A DNA stretch of 55,610 nucleotides from Flavobacteriales bacterium (lineage in GTDB: Bacteria > Bacteroidota > Bacteroidia > Flavobacteriales_D > Sanyastnellaceae). Shown piece after piece: positions 54,500-55,610 of the stretch. Location of the stretch: NCBI GenBank assembly GCA_015663855.1, contig DQRJ01000006.1, forward strand, positions 1 through 55,610. The letters run 5' to 3'. The notes beneath the pieces are model-generated. The model saw nothing but the letters and a program-made list of their open reading frames with translations, did not search any database and was not told the origin of the DNA. Made by a program: the position numbers and the translations under genes. Every line of letters begins with the position of its first letter. The stretch's first letter is position 1.

Positions 54500-55610
54500 A
54501 TGAAGAAGCTTCTACCCCTTCTATTTTGTGCATTTTTCAGCACTCCGTTCTTTGCCCAAACCGGTACTGGTATAGTACTCCTAACTGGGCCTACTCACAC
54601 ATTTACTCCTACTACAGTAGACTCAGCCTCCAGTTTTGATTTCCAGCTGGTAAATACTGTTGCTATAGAGCAAACTGTATTATTCGGCGGTCTGAACGCT
54701 CCGTTTGCTTTGGCCGATAACACCCCTCAGGTTGTTGCGGCTTCAGACACGTTGGATCTTTCCATCTCCTTTACCCCTTCATCTATAGGTGCCTTTTCGG
54801 ACACTTTGAACGTAGTAGGTACCATATTCGGTGACGCTATGCTCGTGGTTAGTGGAGACGGGATTCAGGTCCAGCTCACATGGGTTTCGGACACTTTACA
54901 ATTTGCTACTACAGCTATAGGCCAAACCGATACAGTAGCTCTTTCCCTTTCTAGCGTTGGCGATGGCACAGCTGTAATCTCAGACTTACAGTTCAGCAAT
55001 TCGATATTTACGGTGGATTCTGCGGCATCTCAATTTAATATCGCACAGGGAACGACCGACAATATAACTTTCGTATTCGCTCCCATCAACGCTGGTGAGT
55101 TTAGCGAGACCGTCACCATTTCTACTAACGATCCCAATAACTCGCAGATTGTAATTACTCTTCTCTCGACTGGGATTTCTGAAGTGAGTGGTGAAGTCTG
55201 CGATTTGGTTTGGACTGTAGTAAACTCACCATTCACTCTTGTGGGCGACATAGTCGTACCCGAAGGATGTAGCTTAACTATAGATCCAGGTGTAGAAGTA
55301 AATATGGGTGGACATAAACTAACTGCAAATGGAGAATTTGTATGTCTAGGAACCTCAGAAGCTCCCATTACAATACAAGGAGGTGTTGTTCACTTAGGTC
55401 CTGGAGCTCCTGCTCTCATAGAATACCTCGTATATGAAGGTTGGGGAGGTGATGTAAATGTTGACAGCCCATACGCTCTTCTTTACTACAACAACTTTGG
55501 GTCAATTGAAGGTCAATATGATTTTGATTGCTATGATCAATATTATAACAATTACCATACTGGTACTACAACATCCTATAGTTCTTATGGGTGTCAAAAT
55601 TTCTATAGAA
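54500..55610 (+). CDS. Secreted protein, 3'-partial (runs off the window): Ig-like choice-of-anchor-D/HYDIN-type repeats followed by a beta-helix-like region
   Basis: Hand translation from the ATG at 54500 gives MKKLLPLLFCAFFSTPFFAQ (signal), then repeats of the pattern F..T.V.S.....F.L.N......V.F... (e.g. ITFVFAPINAGEFSETVTISTNDPNN). The frame is open to the window end, and this ORF is absent from the supplied track. Confidence 0.6.
   Translation, partial: MKKLLPLLFCAFFSTPFFAQTGTGIVLLTGPTHTFTPTTVDSASSFDFQLVNTVAIEQTVLFGGLNAPFALADNTPQVVAASDTLDLSISFTPSSIGAFSDTLNVVGTIFGDAMLVVSGDGIQVQLTWVSDTLQFATTAIGQTDTVALSLSSVGDGTAVISDLQFSNSIFTVDSAASQFNIAQGTTDNITFVFAPINAGEFSETVTISTNDPNNSQIVITLLSTGISEVSGEVCDLVWTVVNSPFTLVGDIVVPEGCSLTIDPGVEVNMGGHKLTANGEFVCLGTSEAPITIQGGVVHLGPGAPALIEYLVYEGWGGDVNVDSPYALLYYNNFGSIEGQYDFDCYDQYYNNYHTGTTTSYSSYGCQNFYR

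Noticed and set aside
55030-55368. 112-aa minus-strand ORF near the window end
   Set aside because: It is antisense to the long open plus-strand frame starting at 54500, which has a signal peptide and repeated Ig-like segments.

Overview
This 55.6 kb window is chromosomal DNA that looks like a marine Bacteroidota, probably Flavobacteriales-like. The taxonomic evidence is several T9SS C-terminal sorting domains, TAnnTTTG -7 promoter boxes, the rpmG-DUF4295-ftsY arrangement, a fused E1 alpha/beta dehydrogenase, and lipoprotein and TonB-dependent receptor genes. All calls come from reading the translated ORFs and the DNA by eye; no database search was possible.

Housekeeping content:
- Core genes: kdsA, dapF, queE, rimO, ftsY, rpmG, ftsK, lolA, guaA, maf.
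- A SulP transporter plus beta-carbonic anhydrase pair.
- selD-selU.
- A GMC oxidoreductase.
- phnA/yjdM.
- Four tRNAs: Ala (partial), Arg-TCT, Ser-GCT, Pro-TGG.

Most interesting features:
1. A tightly packed six-gene operon (33739-40754) sits behind a LytS/LytTR two-component pair. It encodes a PqqD-like small protein, an ATP-grasp ligase, an Orn/DAP/Arg-family PLP decarboxylase, a urea-transporter-like channel fused to an M23 peptidase domain, a TPR-headed outer-membrane beta-barrel and a secreted TPR protein. I cannot assign it to any known pathway.
2. A decayed tRNA-Arg-associated island (43463-47504) is bounded by a 16-nt direct repeat of the tRNA 3' end. It carries a frameshifted, truncated integrase fused by deletion to the tail of a paralog of the operon's TPR gene.
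3. A secreted, cysteine-rich redox neighbourhood (47707-54471) contains a Cys/Lys-rich repeat protein, a T9SS-tagged thioredoxin, a T9SS-tagged cupredoxin, and a 1212-aa protein with about 90 Cys, built from repeated Cys modules and ending in a dockerin-like pair.
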